Shown: in pieces, positions 1 through 10,135 of the stretch
Position numbering within the stretch: the stretch's first letter is position 1
Layout: each line of letters starts with the position of its first letter
Assembly: GCA_965116205.1 (NCBI GenBank)
Contig: OZ220493.1
Coordinates: 2,165,072 to 2,229,071 of the forward strand
Reading direction: 5' to 3'
Length of the DNA: 64,000 bases
DNA from: Arenicellales bacterium
GTDB lineage: Bacteria > Pseudomonadota > Gammaproteobacteria > Arenicellales > JAJDZL01
Program-made: the position numbers and the translations under genes
The notes under the pieces: model-generated
What the model was told of the DNA's origin: nothing
What the model saw: only the letters and a program-made list of their open reading frames with translations
The model's database searches: none

Positions 1-253
1 GAGTACCTATCGATTCATCTTGGCAAAATTGTGTCAATGAGAAATATTGATTATGAAGAAAATAAGTTTCGAAAGTCTGCTTGACAACATGAGCTACTTC
101 TTAAATTTTCCAGAAGTCGAAAATAATATTGAAAAGTTGATTTTAGAGGAAGCTGAGTAATCCATACTAACAGAAACGAGAAATGGAAGTCGGCCTGCTG
201 AAGACGTTCTTGCTGATTATTTAAGGGATGATAAAAATCAGAAGAAGTTAAAA

Positions 254-961
254 ATGATGATTTCCATGGCTGGAGGTTCAGAAGAAAAATTAAAGCGCAT
301 TGTGGCATCTATTTTTGATGGTTCTTCAATTAATGAAATCAGAAAAGACTCGAAAATTAGGGAACGTGTTGCAAAATTTTTGGTTAACCCTGCGAGTGAA
401 CCATCATTCATACCAATGTTTGTCAGAAAGAGCTTTTCGTTACCAAATAACTGGATTGAGTTACTCAAAGATAAGGAGTACATGAGCGTTGTAGCAAGAC
501 ATTCAATGTCAGCAAAATATGCAGCGCGAATGGGCTTTGAGCTTGAGCGTCAAATCGCGAATATAGTCACTGAATGTGGATACACTTCGGAGAAGGGGGC
601 AGTTCAATTAGTTGATGATAAAAAAGTCGATTTGGCGGTGCCAAATGTGCGATTCCCGCAAATAATCGTGATGGTTTCCTACCAGTTAACAACGGGATCA
701 GGACAATCTTCAAAAGCGAATGAGCAGAGTCAAATGTACAACGCAGTTCAGAAATATAGCAGGTCTCGCGTCGGCAAGAGTGTAAGCATGGCTAACCCGA
801 ATGCTACCCGAGGTTGTATCTTTGTCAATGTGATTGATGGTGGTGGCTGGATTGAGCGAAGGAGTGATTTAGAACAACTTTGGCACCACTGTGATTATTG
901 TTTTACATTCAATACTATAGGTGACTTTCGAATGTTGCTTGACCACGTTATGAACAAATGA
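254..961 (+). CDS. putative type II restriction endonuclease, DpnII/MboI-like; probably the downstream part of a gene interrupted by an in-frame TAA at 158-160
   Basis: 235-aa ORF. Segments VMVSYQLTTGSGQSSKANE and FVNVIDGGGWIERRSDL resemble my recollection of R.DpnII (EVNFYSGSGSKLNE and WITDGQGWYKAKNNL). This was not database-checked. The frame stays open upstream to TAA 158-160, which is preceded in the same frame by a 35-codon ORF starting at ATG 53. Confidence 0.45.
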   Translation: MMISMAGGSEEKLKRIVASIFDGSSINEIRKDSKIRERVAKFLVNPASEPSFIPMFVRKSFSLPNNWIELLKDKEYMSVVARHSMSAKYAARMGFELERQIANIVTECGYTSEKGAVQLVDDKKVDLAVPNVRFPQIIVMVSYQLTTGSGQSSKANEQSQMYNAVQKYSRSRVGKSVSMANPNATRGCIFVNVIDGGGWIERRSDLEQLWHHCDYCFTFNTIGDFRMLLDHVMNK

Positions 962-1242
962 TGGTCACATTAAAGATAAATTGAATTCCGCCGAAGATGG
1001 TTCGCAAATTTTTCCAGTCGGCTGATAAAATTCGTTGTGCACTACTTCAATCACCTCAGTATTGTAACAGGTGATTCGTTCACCGCTACTGCGCCACGAA
1101 CAATCTTAATCAATCTGCGCTGGTGATCTGACCTCTGGGTTTCTGATATCTTGCCCGGGGCTACGGCGACGGTAACAGTTGATCATATCAGCCGGTGGTC
1201 GAGTAATAATATGAAGTTGCCACAGACCGGATGAAAGGTAGC

Positions 1243-1282
1243 GGGGCACGAGTCAGATTTGTGCGTCTCTGATTCGTGCCCC
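1243..1282 (-). terminator. stem-loop about 40 nt downstream of the catalase stop; likely intrinsic terminator
   Basis: GGGGCACGAGTCAGA (1243-1257) pairs with TCTGATTCGTGCCCC (1268-1282) at 14 of 15 positions, with a 10-nt loop. The U-tract on the minus-strand transcript is weak (GCUACCUUUCAU). Confidence 0.4.
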
Positions 1283-1323
1283 AACTGATGGCGGACTGAC
1301 CGTTCAGTGAGTTAAGCTACTTT

Positions 1324-2784
1324 TCACTTGCCAATCTGCTGCGACCTCATTGAAATGCTTAGTGCCTTAGTAACTCCGTCAGCATATTCTCGGTGCACTT
1401 TACGAAATTCTCCCAGTTGCCGTTTGACAATATGCTCCGGTACATCCTGCATGGATTCCGCAATGTTGCTGAACAATCGCTGACGCTGTGCATCATCAAA
1501 CAATTCAAATAGCGCTCGTGGTTGAACATAGTCATCATTATCTTCTCGGTGGTCATAACGCTCCGCTAGGCCATAGATGTTCAACGGTGGTTCACGATAG
1601 TCTCCATCCTGAATCGGTCCATTCACACTGTTTGGTTCGTAGTATGCATCCGGATTATCTGTGCCGTTTACAAAGAAACGCATGGCACCATCCTTATGAT
1701 AATGGTGGACCGGGCATCGCGGTGCGTTGACCGGTAGCGCTTCATAATGCGTACCCAAGCGGTAGCGATGGGCATCCGCGTACGAGAAAATTCGCGCCTG
1801 TAACATTTTGTCTGGGCTAAAGCCGATTCCCGGTACGACGTTTGATGGACTGAATGCAGCCTGCTCGATTTCCGCAAAATAATTTTCCGGATTGCATTTC
1901 AACTCTACAGTACCCACCTCAATCAGCGGGTAGTCACCGTGTGGCCAGACTTTAGTTAAGTCGAAAGGATTGTATAGCGTATTTTCCGCCTCGATTTCCG
2001 GCATGATCTGTACATACATCGTCCATCGGGGAAAGTCACCGCGCTCAATCGCACCGAATAGTTCCTCTTGATACGATTCGCGAGTGCGACCAATCAGTTC
2101 GGTAGCTTCCGCATTCGTATAGTGCTTATGCCCCTGCTGAGTTTTGAAGTGAAACTTTACCCAGTAGCGCTCTTGTTTGCTATTCCAAAAACTGAACGTG
2201 TGAGAGCCATAGCCATTCATGTACATCGGCGCCACCGGTAATCCTCGATCAGACATCAGAATCGTGACCTGATGGAGTGATTCTGGTGACAATGACCAGA
2301 AGTCCCACGCGGCGGTGGGTGAACGCAGGTTGCTTTTCGGATGACGTTTTTGCGAATGAATGAAGTCTGGAAACTTGAGTGGGTCGCGTACGAAAAATAC
2401 CGGCGTATTGTTACCGACCAAATCCCAATTACCTTCTTCGGTGTAGAACTTGATGGCAAAGCCACGTACGTCACGTTCTGCGTCAGCCGCACCAAGCTCT
2501 CCGGCAACAGTCGAAAATCTGATCAGCAATGGTATTTCCCTGCCAATCTCTGAGAATACAGCGGCACGTGAATATTTCGAGATATCGTTGGTAATTTTCA
2601 ACGAACCGTATGCACCCCATCCCTTGGCGTGAACCACTCTTTCAGGGATTCGCTCCCGATTTTGATGAGCGAGCTTCTCTAACAGTTGATAGTCCTGTAT
2701 CAACGCCGGGCCGCGCGGCCCGGCAGTCATGCTGTTTTGATTGTCTGCTACCGGTGCGCCGGCAGTTGTGGTTATAGTTTTCAT
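1324..2784 (-). CDS. katA: monofunctional heme catalase (small-subunit type)
   Basis: 486 aa. Catalase hallmarks are present: [18 protein letters not shown] (distal His region), FDLTKVWPH, and [14 protein letters not shown] (proximal Tyr region). A GGAG Shine-Dalgarno sequence lies upstream of the ATG. Confidence 0.95.
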   Translation of the reverse strand: MKTITTTAGAPVADNQNSMTAGPRGPALIQDYQLLEKLAHQNRERIPERVVHAKGWGAYGSLKITNDISKYSRAAVFSEIGREIPLLIRFSTVAGELGAADAERDVRGFAIKFYTEEGNWDLVGNNTPVFFVRDPLKFPDFIHSQKRHPKSNLRSPTAAWDFWSLSPESLHQVTILMSDRGLPVAPMYMNGYGSHTFSFWNSKQERYWVKFHFKTQQGHKHYTNAEATELIGRTRESYQEELFGAIERGDFPRWTMYVQIMPEIEAENTLYNPFDLTKVWPHGDYPLIEVGTVELKCNPENYFAEIEQAAFSPSNVVPGIGFSPDKMLQARIFSYADAHRYRLGTHYEALPVNAPRCPVHHYHKDGAMRFFVNGTDNPDAYYEPNSVNGPIQDGDYREPPLNIYGLAERYDHREDNDDYVQPRALFELFDDAQRQRLFSNIAESMQDVPEHIVKRQLGEFRKVHREYADGVTKALSISMRSQQIGK

Positions 2785-2872
2785 AATTTGATCTCCTAAA
2801 TGAAGTGAAACAATGATTCACATAATATGTTCTCGATATAAATAATTAAAATATATTATTTTTATGAAAACG

Positions 2873-2887
2873 ATAAGTATTGCTTAT
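2873..2887. promoter_or_regulatory. candidate LysR/OxyR-type operator half-site in the katA-oxyR divergent region
   Basis: ATAAgtattgcTTAT is a 15-bp dyad fitting the T-N11-A LTTR box. It is close to the OxyR half-site ATAG-N7-CTAT and sits 12 nt upstream of the oxyR ATG. I did not find convincing additional repeats of the tetrameric OxyR motif. Confidence 0.3.
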
Positions 2888-2898
2888 AATTTGTAGAT

Positions 2899-3813
2899 AT
2901 GAACATTCGCGATTTGAAATACGTAGTGGCAGTCTCTGAACACAAACACTTTGGTCGCGCCGCCGCAGCCTGCTTTGTCAGTCAACCGGCACTGAGCGGG
3001 CAGATTCGCAAAATGGAAGAGTACTTGGGAGTGGCGTTATTCGAACGAAACAAGCGCGAGATTAAAGTTACTCAGGCTGGAGAGCGGATTATTGTGCATG
3101 CGAAAGTGGCATTAGCTGCAGTCGGCTTGATTGAACAGACTGCAAAGGCTATGAATGATCCTTTGACAGGTGAATTGCGTGTTGGAATGATTCCAACTAT
3201 CGGACCATATCTCACACCTTTTCTGTTGCCGGTTTTGCGACGGTATCTCCCGAAAATCCAACTGCAGCTCAAGGAGGATGTCACCACGTCTTTGGAACGT
3301 GAGCTGATCGAAGGAGTCATTGATGTTGCGATTCTAGCGACCGAAACCGAACACTCACAGTTAAAGGAAATGGCACTCTATGACGAACCCTTTTGGGTTG
3401 CTCTGCCGCATGGACATCCTTTGACGAATGAAGAGCAAATCAATGTCAAGGACATTCAGTTGGAAGAATTTCTGCTTCTAGAAGACGGACACTGTGTTCG
3501 AGATCAGATTATCTCATTCTGTTCGCAAGCGGCGCAACGCGCGATTGCAGTGAAAACCCAACATACTAGTTTGACAACGATTCTTGCTTTGGTGGGTGCC
3601 GGCGCAGGTGTAACGCTGGTGCCTGCCATGAGTCTGTCAGGTGCATGGGTAACTGATTTCGGCATTACCGTAAGACGGGAAAAATCTGGCCACGCGCTTC
3701 GGTCGGTGCGGCTGGTTTATCGTCAATCGTTTCCCAGAGTACAGGTGCTGGAGCGGCTAGCGGATATCATCGGTGCAGTTGTGCCTGATACGGTACAACC
3801 GGTTCGCCGTTAA
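2899..3813 (+). CDS. oxyR: hydrogen-peroxide-sensing LysR-family regulator OxyR
   Basis: 304 aa. It has an N-terminal LysR HTH (FGRAAAACFVSQPALSGQIRKMEEYLG). The LLEDGHCVRDQIISFC segment matches the OxyR redox Cys pair region (C199/C208 in E. coli). The gene is divergent from the catalase gene. Confidence 0.9.
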   Translation: MNIRDLKYVVAVSEHKHFGRAAAACFVSQPALSGQIRKMEEYLGVALFERNKREIKVTQAGERIIVHAKVALAAVGLIEQTAKAMNDPLTGELRVGMIPTIGPYLTPFLLPVLRRYLPKIQLQLKEDVTTSLERELIEGVIDVAILATETEHSQLKEMALYDEPFWVALPHGHPLTNEEQINVKDIQLEEFLLLEDGHCVRDQIISFCSQAAQRAIAVKTQHTSLTTILALVGAGAGVTLVPAMSLSGAWVTDFGITVRREKSGHALRSVRLVYRQSFPRVQVLERLADIIGAVVPDTVQPVRR

Positions 3814-4147
3814 AGCTTCAGAAAACACTCGCTCAGGTGGATGCCGTGTCAATCATAGCGTTCAGCTATACTTTGGTAGCATAAGTATTTTGCATGTTCG
3901 AGTTCGGCAACCGAAGTTCAACGGATGAAATAATGAAAAATTCTCAGACCAACTGCATGGCGCCGTCTAGGTTGATATACACCTCGGCATATAATTTGAC
4001 CTGAACTGGCCAATCATCAGAATCAAGAAGCAATAACTTCAATTTTCATTTGGATTGAATGAATGCTGATAGATTTCAATCCGACTGTTTTATGACATAG
4101 ACAGAGATTTTTTACTATAATGCCGCATCATCATTAACTCCGTTAGT

Positions 4148-4211
4148 AATCGGGTAGCTATTGTGCTCCTTTATCTTTATGACATGAAACAATGCTACCC
4201 GATTCTTTTTG
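4148..4211 (+). terminator. long stem-loop followed by a T-run; plus-strand intrinsic-terminator-like element between oxyR and mutY
   Basis: AATCGGGTAGC-t-ATTG (4148-4163) pairs with CAAT-GCTACCCGATT (4190-4204). It is followed by CTTTTTG (4205-4211). It lies about 340 nt beyond the oxyR stop and 27 nt beyond the mutY stop on the other strand. Confidence 0.4.
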
Positions 4212-4237
4212 CCTCCTTGGCTTTGACAGAAGATATT

Positions 4238-5377
4238 CTAAACACGTTCATCAACCATCTCGTTTCCTGTGAAGTCAAGCGAAAGCCCCGTTTGTCCTAT
4301 TGAAGTGTAAAGGTTACTAGATCGAATTCGTTCAATGAGTTTGGTCACCGGTGTCGGTACTCCTCTGTCAAGTGGCTCATCTAGACTGACGAAGTCAATA
4401 CCCAAATGAAGTAGGTCTCTATGGAGAGTGACCTCAACCCGCGTTACAACGGGGGTAATGTCCAATCGATAGTGGGTGAAGTGATGTTGAAACTGTTTCA
4501 TGATGTACTCAACTGAAGTTTGCATGGTGTAACGTTGTGCGAACCAACTTGGTAAACCCGCAATGTCTCCCGCATATTCAGGTAAACTCCACAACCCACC
4601 CCATATACCGGCAGTATTTCGCCGCTCCAGCAGAATTCGCCGATGGTGGTCAAGTGCCAATACCATGATCACTGATCTGTTTTTTCGGTTAGTGGGAATT
4701 TTCTTAAGTGGAAAGTTATCAACTTGGTTGGATTTTCGCGCACAGCACAACGTCGCGACCGGGCATGTTTCGCACTGGGGAGATTTTGGCGTACAAATCG
4801 TCGCACCAAGATCCATGATTAGTTGGGTGTATAACTGCATTTTGCCAGCTGGTGAACAGCCTTCTGCAATTTTCCAAAGTCGGCGAACTCGTGTGGATTC
4901 TTTTTCCTCATTTACACAGAAGTAACGAGCGTATACGCGCTTTGCATTGCCATCAAGTATTGGTGTTTGCCATCCATAAGCGAGTGCGCAGATGGCCCCC
5001 GCAGTGGAGCGGCCAACTCCCGGCAGGGCTTGCACGGCAGTGAAATCTTGCGGAAATTCTCCATTGTGTCGTTCTCTGATCATTTTCGCCGCACGATGCA
5101 GATTGCGAGCTCGCGTATAATAACCCAGCCCCGCCCACATGCTTAACACTTCATCCAACGATCCATTGGACAATTGGGTAATATTTGGAAATCGGTCGAT
5201 GAAGTTTAAGTAATAGGGGATGACGGTGTTCGCCTGTGTCTGTTGAAGCATGATCTCAGAGACCCAAATCCGGTAGGGGTCTGACTCAAAAGCCCAAGGC
5301 AGACCGCGGCCCGGAGATGGGTTGGACCAGTTGAGCAGTTCGGCGCTGAACTGCCGGCACTGTTCAGTCAGTCGCAT
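4238..5377 (-). CDS. mutY: A/G-specific adenine DNA glycosylase MutY
   Basis: Contains WVSEIMLQQTQ, the HhH LPGVGRSTAGAI, and the 4Fe-4S loop CTPKSPQCETCPVATLC (C-x6-C-x2-C-x5-C). A C-terminal NUDIX-like domain is present (GIWGGLWSLP). I placed the start at Met15 of the 393-aa ORF by alignment to my memory of E. coli MutY. ATG 5419 is the alternative. Confidence 0.9.
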   Translation of the reverse strand: MRLTEQCRQFSAELLNWSNPSPGRGLPWAFESDPYRIWVSEIMLQQTQANTVIPYYLNFIDRFPNITQLSNGSLDEVLSMWAGLGYYTRARNLHRAAKMIRERHNGEFPQDFTAVQALPGVGRSTAGAICALAYGWQTPILDGNAKRVYARYFCVNEEKESTRVRRLWKIAEGCSPAGKMQLYTQLIMDLGATICTPKSPQCETCPVATLCCARKSNQVDNFPLKKIPTNRKNRSVIMVLALDHHRRILLERRNTAGIWGGLWSLPEYAGDIAGLPSWFAQRYTMQTSVEYIMKQFQHHFTHYRLDITPVVTRVEVTLHRDLLHLGIDFVSLDEPLDRGVPTPVTKLIERIRSSNLYTSIGQTGLSLDFTGNEMVDERV

Positions 5378-5437
5378 GTGCCCAACTCCACATTTTTCAT
5401 CGGTAAGTTCAATTGACAACCCGGTTCGGTGTGATTA

Positions 5438-6220
5438 ATGAAAGTCGTGACCTTCAACGCCAATGGTATTCGCTCGGCTGTACGGAAAGGATTCCATCCT
5501 TGGATGCTCGACCTGGATGCCGATTTTATCTGTATTCAGGAATTAAAAGCTCAACATGAGCAGTTGACGCCGGATATATTATCTCCGGAAGGCTATTTGG
5601 GGTATTTTCATTGCGCACAGAAAAAAGGCTATAGTGGAACAGCGGTCTATACCAAACACGCGCCAGTCAATGTGACTTATGGGTTGGGCTGGGAAGATTT
5701 TGACGCCGAAGGACGTTGTGTCCGAGTTGAATATGATGCGCTGACGATCATTTCGATTTACCTGCCATCAGGCACCAGTTCTGATGAGCGCCAGCAGTTC
5801 AAAGAAGTTGTTCTAGAACGACTGAAACCGATATTGATTGATTTTCAGAATCAGAACCGGAACTACATCATCTGCGGAGATGTAAACATTGCCCATCGCC
5901 CTGTCGACCTTCGCAACTGGCAGGGAAATCGCAATAACTCAGGATTTCTTCCACAGGAGCGCGCGTGGATGGATTGGCTGTTTGACGAGGTCGGATTCAT
6001 CGACGCCTTTCGGGTCATTGACACGCGTCCCGGGCAATACACCTGGTGGTCTAATCGTGGTAATGCTTATGCAAAGAATGTCGGTTGGCGATTGGATTAT
6101 CAGATCGTCTCACCGGGGTTGAAAGACCGAATTCAATCGGTTTCCATCTTCCGTGACATCAAGTTTTCCGATCATGCGCCGGTTATTTGTACCTATGACA
6201 TGGCGAATATGATCGCTTAG
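5438..6220 (+). CDS. xthA: exodeoxyribonuclease III (EEP family AP endonuclease)
   Basis: 260 aa. It starts MKVVTFNANGIRS, contains CIQELK, and has the C-terminal SDHAPV motif typical of ExoIII/APE1-family nucleases. Confidence 0.9.
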   Translation: MKVVTFNANGIRSAVRKGFHPWMLDLDADFICIQELKAQHEQLTPDILSPEGYLGYFHCAQKKGYSGTAVYTKHAPVNVTYGLGWEDFDAEGRCVRVEYDALTIISIYLPSGTSSDERQQFKEVVLERLKPILIDFQNQNRNYIICGDVNIAHRPVDLRNWQGNRNNSGFLPQERAWMDWLFDEVGFIDAFRVIDTRPGQYTWWSNRGNAYAKNVGWRLDYQIVSPGLKDRIQSVSIFRDIKFSDHAPVICTYDMANMIA

Positions 6221-6228
6221 TTTGTGTT

Positions 6229-7797
6229 TCAAACGGACGACTTTACGTCACTGGTAACCGGTAGTCGCGCGACCAGCCGCTGTACCCAAAGTATGATGCC
6301 AATAACCGGAATACCAATGATGGCTGTGAAAATAAAAAAAGAGTGATAGCCGACTCCATCTACAATGGTACCAGAGTAACCAGCCACAAGTTTAGGCAGC
6401 AGTAGCATGATGGAGGTGAAGATTGCATATTGCATCGCGGTGAAGCGAATGCTGGTCAGACTTGAAAGATAGGCGACAAATGCCGCGGAAGCCAGACCGG
6501 CACTGACGCTATCTACCACAATGACCAACAGTAACATCAATTCGACTGGATTGGTAGCCAATGCCATAAATAGCAGATTAGATGCGGCCGCCAGCACTGC
6601 ACCCAGTAGCAGAGTCCGCAGGACCCCGAAACGTAACGCAAGCACCCCGCCCAATAAGCCGCCGGCAATGGCGGCGATCAGTCCCCAGAACTTCGAGTAA
6701 TGAGCAATCTGAGTCTTAGTGAATCCCATGTCAATATAGAAAACATTGGCAATGATGCCAAGTACGATGTCAGAAATCCGATAGGTACCCACTAATAACA
6801 GAATGATCAGTGCCAGACGACCGTAGCGGTGAAAGTAGTCGGAGATGGGGTTGATGTAAGTTTCATGAATATGTGCCATCTTGACTAGCCCGGCCTTGAT
6901 TAGTAACCATGCAACTAGCGTTGCCAGTAGCACGGAAGTGGTCAGTCGAAGACTTTCCAGCAGTAGTCGTACGGGCGCCGCATTGATGCCCCAATTTTCT
7001 ACCATCACAGCTTTGGTAGTGGTGACTAGGTCGCCGGTCAGATAGAACCCCAGTACGAAAGCCATAATGGCCAATGCGAAGACCATGAAGAAACGAATGA
7101 AATCCGCGGTGCCGGTGAATGAAGTTTTCTCCATTGATTCAACTTTGGGTTCAGGATTGAGAAGCGTCGTGATGATCCCTACGAGCATAAATCCGGCCAT
7201 CAACTGATAAACGAGGGACCATGCCCGGAAACTGTACTCACCGCCGCCGATGATATCAGCTATCCAGAGTGCACCGGCGCCCGCCAGTATCAATGCAATT
7301 CTATAGCCGGCAATATACATACCCGACAGCATCGCTTGTAGGTCGGGTGGTGCAGATTCAATTCGAAATGCGTCGATGACAATATCCTGGGTCGCCGAAG
7401 AAAACCCGATGCAGACGGCTCCGATCACCGTCATGATCAGTAAATCAGTCTGTGGGTCAAAGAGAGAAGTCCAAAAAATGCTAACAATGATGGCGAACTG
7501 CGCCACTAGAAGCCACGCCCGCCGCCGGCCAAGTTTCTGTGTCAAATAGGGAATCGGCATCCGGTCGACGATCGGTGCCCACACGAACTTAAACGAATAG
7601 CCGAGTGCCGCCCAGCTGAGAAATGTGATCGTTGCCCGTTCAATTCCGGCTTCACGAAGCCACACTGACAGAGTACCGAAAACTAGGAGCAGCGGCAGTC
7701 CAGCAGAAAAACCCAGAAACAGCATGCAGATCGATCGCGGGTGAACGACTCCGTAGACTGCCTGTCGCCAATTGTGTGATGTGGAATGGCTACCCAT
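6229..7797 (-). CDS. ampG: AmpG-family muropeptide MFS transporter
   Basis: 522 aa and highly hydrophobic with many TM segments. The N-terminal LGFSAGLPLLLVFGTLSVWLREAGI is typical of AmpG permeases. Confidence 0.8.
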   Translation of the reverse strand: MGSHSTSHNWRQAVYGVVHPRSICMLFLGFSAGLPLLLVFGTLSVWLREAGIERATITFLSWAALGYSFKFVWAPIVDRMPIPYLTQKLGRRRAWLLVAQFAIIVSIFWTSLFDPQTDLLIMTVIGAVCIGFSSATQDIVIDAFRIESAPPDLQAMLSGMYIAGYRIALILAGAGALWIADIIGGGEYSFRAWSLVYQLMAGFMLVGIITTLLNPEPKVESMEKTSFTGTADFIRFFMVFALAIMAFVLGFYLTGDLVTTTKAVMVENWGINAAPVRLLLESLRLTTSVLLATLVAWLLIKAGLVKMAHIHETYINPISDYFHRYGRLALIILLLVGTYRISDIVLGIIANVFYIDMGFTKTQIAHYSKFWGLIAAIAGGLLGGVLALRFGVLRTLLLGAVLAAASNLLFMALATNPVELMLLLVIVVDSVSAGLASAAFVAYLSSLTSIRFTAMQYAIFTSIMLLLPKLVAGYSGTIVDGVGYHSFFIFTAIIGIPVIGIILWVQRLVARLPVTSDVKSSV

Positions 7798-7862
7798 CGT
7801 ATCGTCAACAATAAATTGACTAAGACTGTCAGTGGGCGATGGACATCATGTCAACCATGTCT

Positions 7863-8429
7863 TCAGCCCAGCATCTGACTCCCCAGTGATTCGAGAAATC
7901 TCACCCCGATTGAATCGGCTAGATTCAGCAGCAGCAAAACTAGAATAGGTGAAAAATCTAGGCCACCAAACGTCGGTATGACCCGGCGGGCCGGCCGCAT
8001 AATCGGTTCGGTGAAGGTGAAGATCAGACGGGTGATCGGTGTGTAACTCCGTATCACCCAGCTCATGACAATGCGCACTAAGATGGCAATGATCAGAATT
8101 GAAATCGTATAGTCGAGAATTTTTGCTGGCGCCAGAATCAACAGTGCAAATATATTGCTGTTGAAACCGAGTGACGAAATATAGAGATATCTCTCTATAC
8201 CGGTCACGATGAGTGCCAGTACTAGGGGCGAACCAAAATCGGCGCCGGCCACGCGCGGTACGAACTTTCGAAGTATTCGTATCGGTATCCGGGTCGCTAG
8301 GTCGATGAACTGTGAAACGCGGTTATGAAAATCAGCGTCAAAGTACTGTAGTAGTGCACGTAGAATCGTAATGATCGCGTAGACTTCAACCAGCTGACGT
8401 ACCAGGTCCACAGAAATTGGGATTTCCAT
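7863..8429 (-). CDS. yggT: YggT-family membrane protein
   Basis: 188-aa membrane protein directly downstream of proC. The conserved yggS-proC-yggT order supports the call. Confidence 0.75.
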   Translation of the reverse strand: MEIPISVDLVRQLVEVYAIITILRALLQYFDADFHNRVSQFIDLATRIPIRILRKFVPRVAGADFGSPLVLALIVTGIERYLYISSLGFNSNIFALLILAPAKILDYTISILIIAILVRIVMSWVIRSYTPITRLIFTFTEPIMRPARRVIPTFGGLDFSPILVLLLLNLADSIGVRFLESLGSQMLG

Positions 8430-8433
8430 TGGT

Positions 8434-9282
8434 TCAGCCAGTCGATGTAGAACTAGACAGCTCTATCGATCGTCGTTCGCCGACCTGAATGGCCGAAATA
8501 ATATGGCGCTTGACTTCCGCTTGCTCAAGTACTTTGATTGCAGCTTCAGTGACGCCGCCTGGCGAGGTCACCTTCTGCCGAAGTGCGGCGGGACTCTCAG
8601 TACTGCAACTGGCCAATAGGGCGGCCCCCACGGCTGTTTCAGTGGCCAATAGATGCGCGGTGTCCGGACTCAATCCACGTTCAATTGCTGCCTGTTCCAT
8701 GGATTCAATCAAGTAAAAAAAGTAAGCCGGACCGCTACCGGAAATTGCGGTGACGGCGTCCAGCAAACTCTCATCGTGAAGCCAGACAGTTTTACCAACA
8801 GCTGCCAGAATCCGGTCGACGGTAATTTTCTCCGCCGCCGTTACATGGGGGTTTGCATACATGGCTGAAACCCCCTTTTGAATCAATGCCGGGGTATTGG
8901 GCATGACGCGTACGATAGGAAGATTTCCTCCAGACCACCGATCCAAGTCAGTCAATCGAATGCCGGCGGCAATGGAAATCAGTAGCGGCTGGACCGACTG
9001 TAATGCATCGGCGACGTCGTGTAAGACGGTTTGCATGACTTGCGGTTTGACAGCCAGCACGATGGTGGATGACTTTTCAACCACAGAACGGTTGGAGTGT
9101 TCAACACCAATACCGAATTGATCGACTACTTGTTGTCTGGCTTCGTCTAACGGGTCCGATACGATGATGGTATGGCGATCGAAGCCATTGGCGATCAATC
9201 CACCAACTAGGCTACGAGCCATGTTGCCACCGCCGATGAAACCGATAGTGTGGTGATGTTTGTCAGTTTTGAGGGAAGTCAC
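8434..9282 (-). CDS. proC: pyrroline-5-carboxylate reductase
   Basis: 282 aa. It has an N-terminal Rossmann motif (IGFIGGGNMA), plus RVMPNTPA and the SPGGVTEA motifs of ProC. Confidence 0.92.
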   Translation of the reverse strand: MTSLKTDKHHHTIGFIGGGNMARSLVGGLIANGFDRHTIIVSDPLDEARQQVVDQFGIGVEHSNRSVVEKSSTIVLAVKPQVMQTVLHDVADALQSVQPLLISIAAGIRLTDLDRWSGGNLPIVRVMPNTPALIQKGVSAMYANPHVTAAEKITVDRILAAVGKTVWLHDESLLDAVTAISGSGPAYFFYLIESMEQAAIERGLSPDTAHLLATETAVGAALLASCSTESPAALRQKVTSPGGVTEAAIKVLEQAEVKRHIISAIQVGERRSIELSSSTSTG

Positions 9283-9427
9283 AAATATTCGCGCAATGGA
9301 AAGATTTACCGATCATTTTATTTCAAAGCTATACAGCCATTGATATTCTCTAGGCATGCATTTCAAGAAAAGCGCTAATATTTAGTTGCGCGAAGGATGA
9401 TCTGAGTACAGGTTCAATCATCCAGTT

Positions 9428-10135
9428 TTAGGTTGGTTGCGGACGTGCGCCAAATAATGCAGTGCCAATGCGAACGTGTGTTGCGCCTTCGGCAATCGCC
9501 GCTTCAAGATCGTCAGTCATTCCCATTGACAGTGTGTCAAGTTGATGTCCAACTCGATTCGCTTTTTCAAGCAGTTTTCTGACCATAGCAAAGATTTTGC
9601 GCTGTTCACCGACATCGGAAACCGGTTTTGGGACAATCATGAATCCTCGCACCGCTAGGCGATCATGGTTTTTTATTTTTTCTAGAAGCACCATGGCTTC
9701 ATCCTCAGTCAATCCAGATTTGCTCTCCTCTGTCTGTAAATTCAGCTGCAGGCAGATATTGAGAGGTGGTTGCTCAATGGCACGCTGAGCATTGAGTCGC
9801 GTTGCAATTTTGTATCGATCAATGCTATGCACCCATGAGAAATGATTGGCGATCTGCCGAGTTTTATTACTCTGAATACTACCAATGAAGTGCCACTCGA
9901 GATTTAAGTCAGCAAGTTCCCGCTGCTTTGCCAGAGCTTCCTGCACAAAATTTTCGGCAAATGCACGTTGTCCGCATCGCGCCAGTTCCCGTATTGCTGA
10001 TGCCGGATGAAGTTTTCCAACGGCCACAAGTTGTACCGAGTGAGGTTCCCGTCTAGCGTTCCTTGCGGCTGCGCAAATCCGGTCATTGACTGTTCGGTAA
10101 TTTTCGGCGAGTTGGGACATTGATGTTATGCTCAC
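9428..10135 (-). CDS. yggS: YggS-family pyridoxal-phosphate homeostasis protein
   Basis: 235 aa. It has the PLP-lysine context LVAVGKLHP, plus WHFIGSIQSNK and LSMGMTDD, which are typical of YggS/PROSC. Confidence 0.9.
   Translation of the reverse strand: MSITSMSQLAENYRTVNDRICAAARNARREPHSVQLVAVGKLHPASAIRELARCGQRAFAENFVQEALAKQRELADLNLEWHFIGSIQSNKTRQIANHFSWVHSIDRYKIATRLNAQRAIEQPPLNICLQLNLQTEESKSGLTEDEAMVLLEKIKNHDRLAVRGFMIVPKPVSDVGEQRKIFAMVRKLLEKANRVGHQLDTLSMGMTDDLEAAIAEGATHVRIGTALFGARPQPT

Noticed and set aside
9383-9411. A hairpin, GGATGAT...ATCATCC, between yggS and proC.
   Set aside because: The stem is only 7 bp and no U-tract follows on the transcribed (minus) strand. It sits inside an operon spacer and is too weak to call a terminator.
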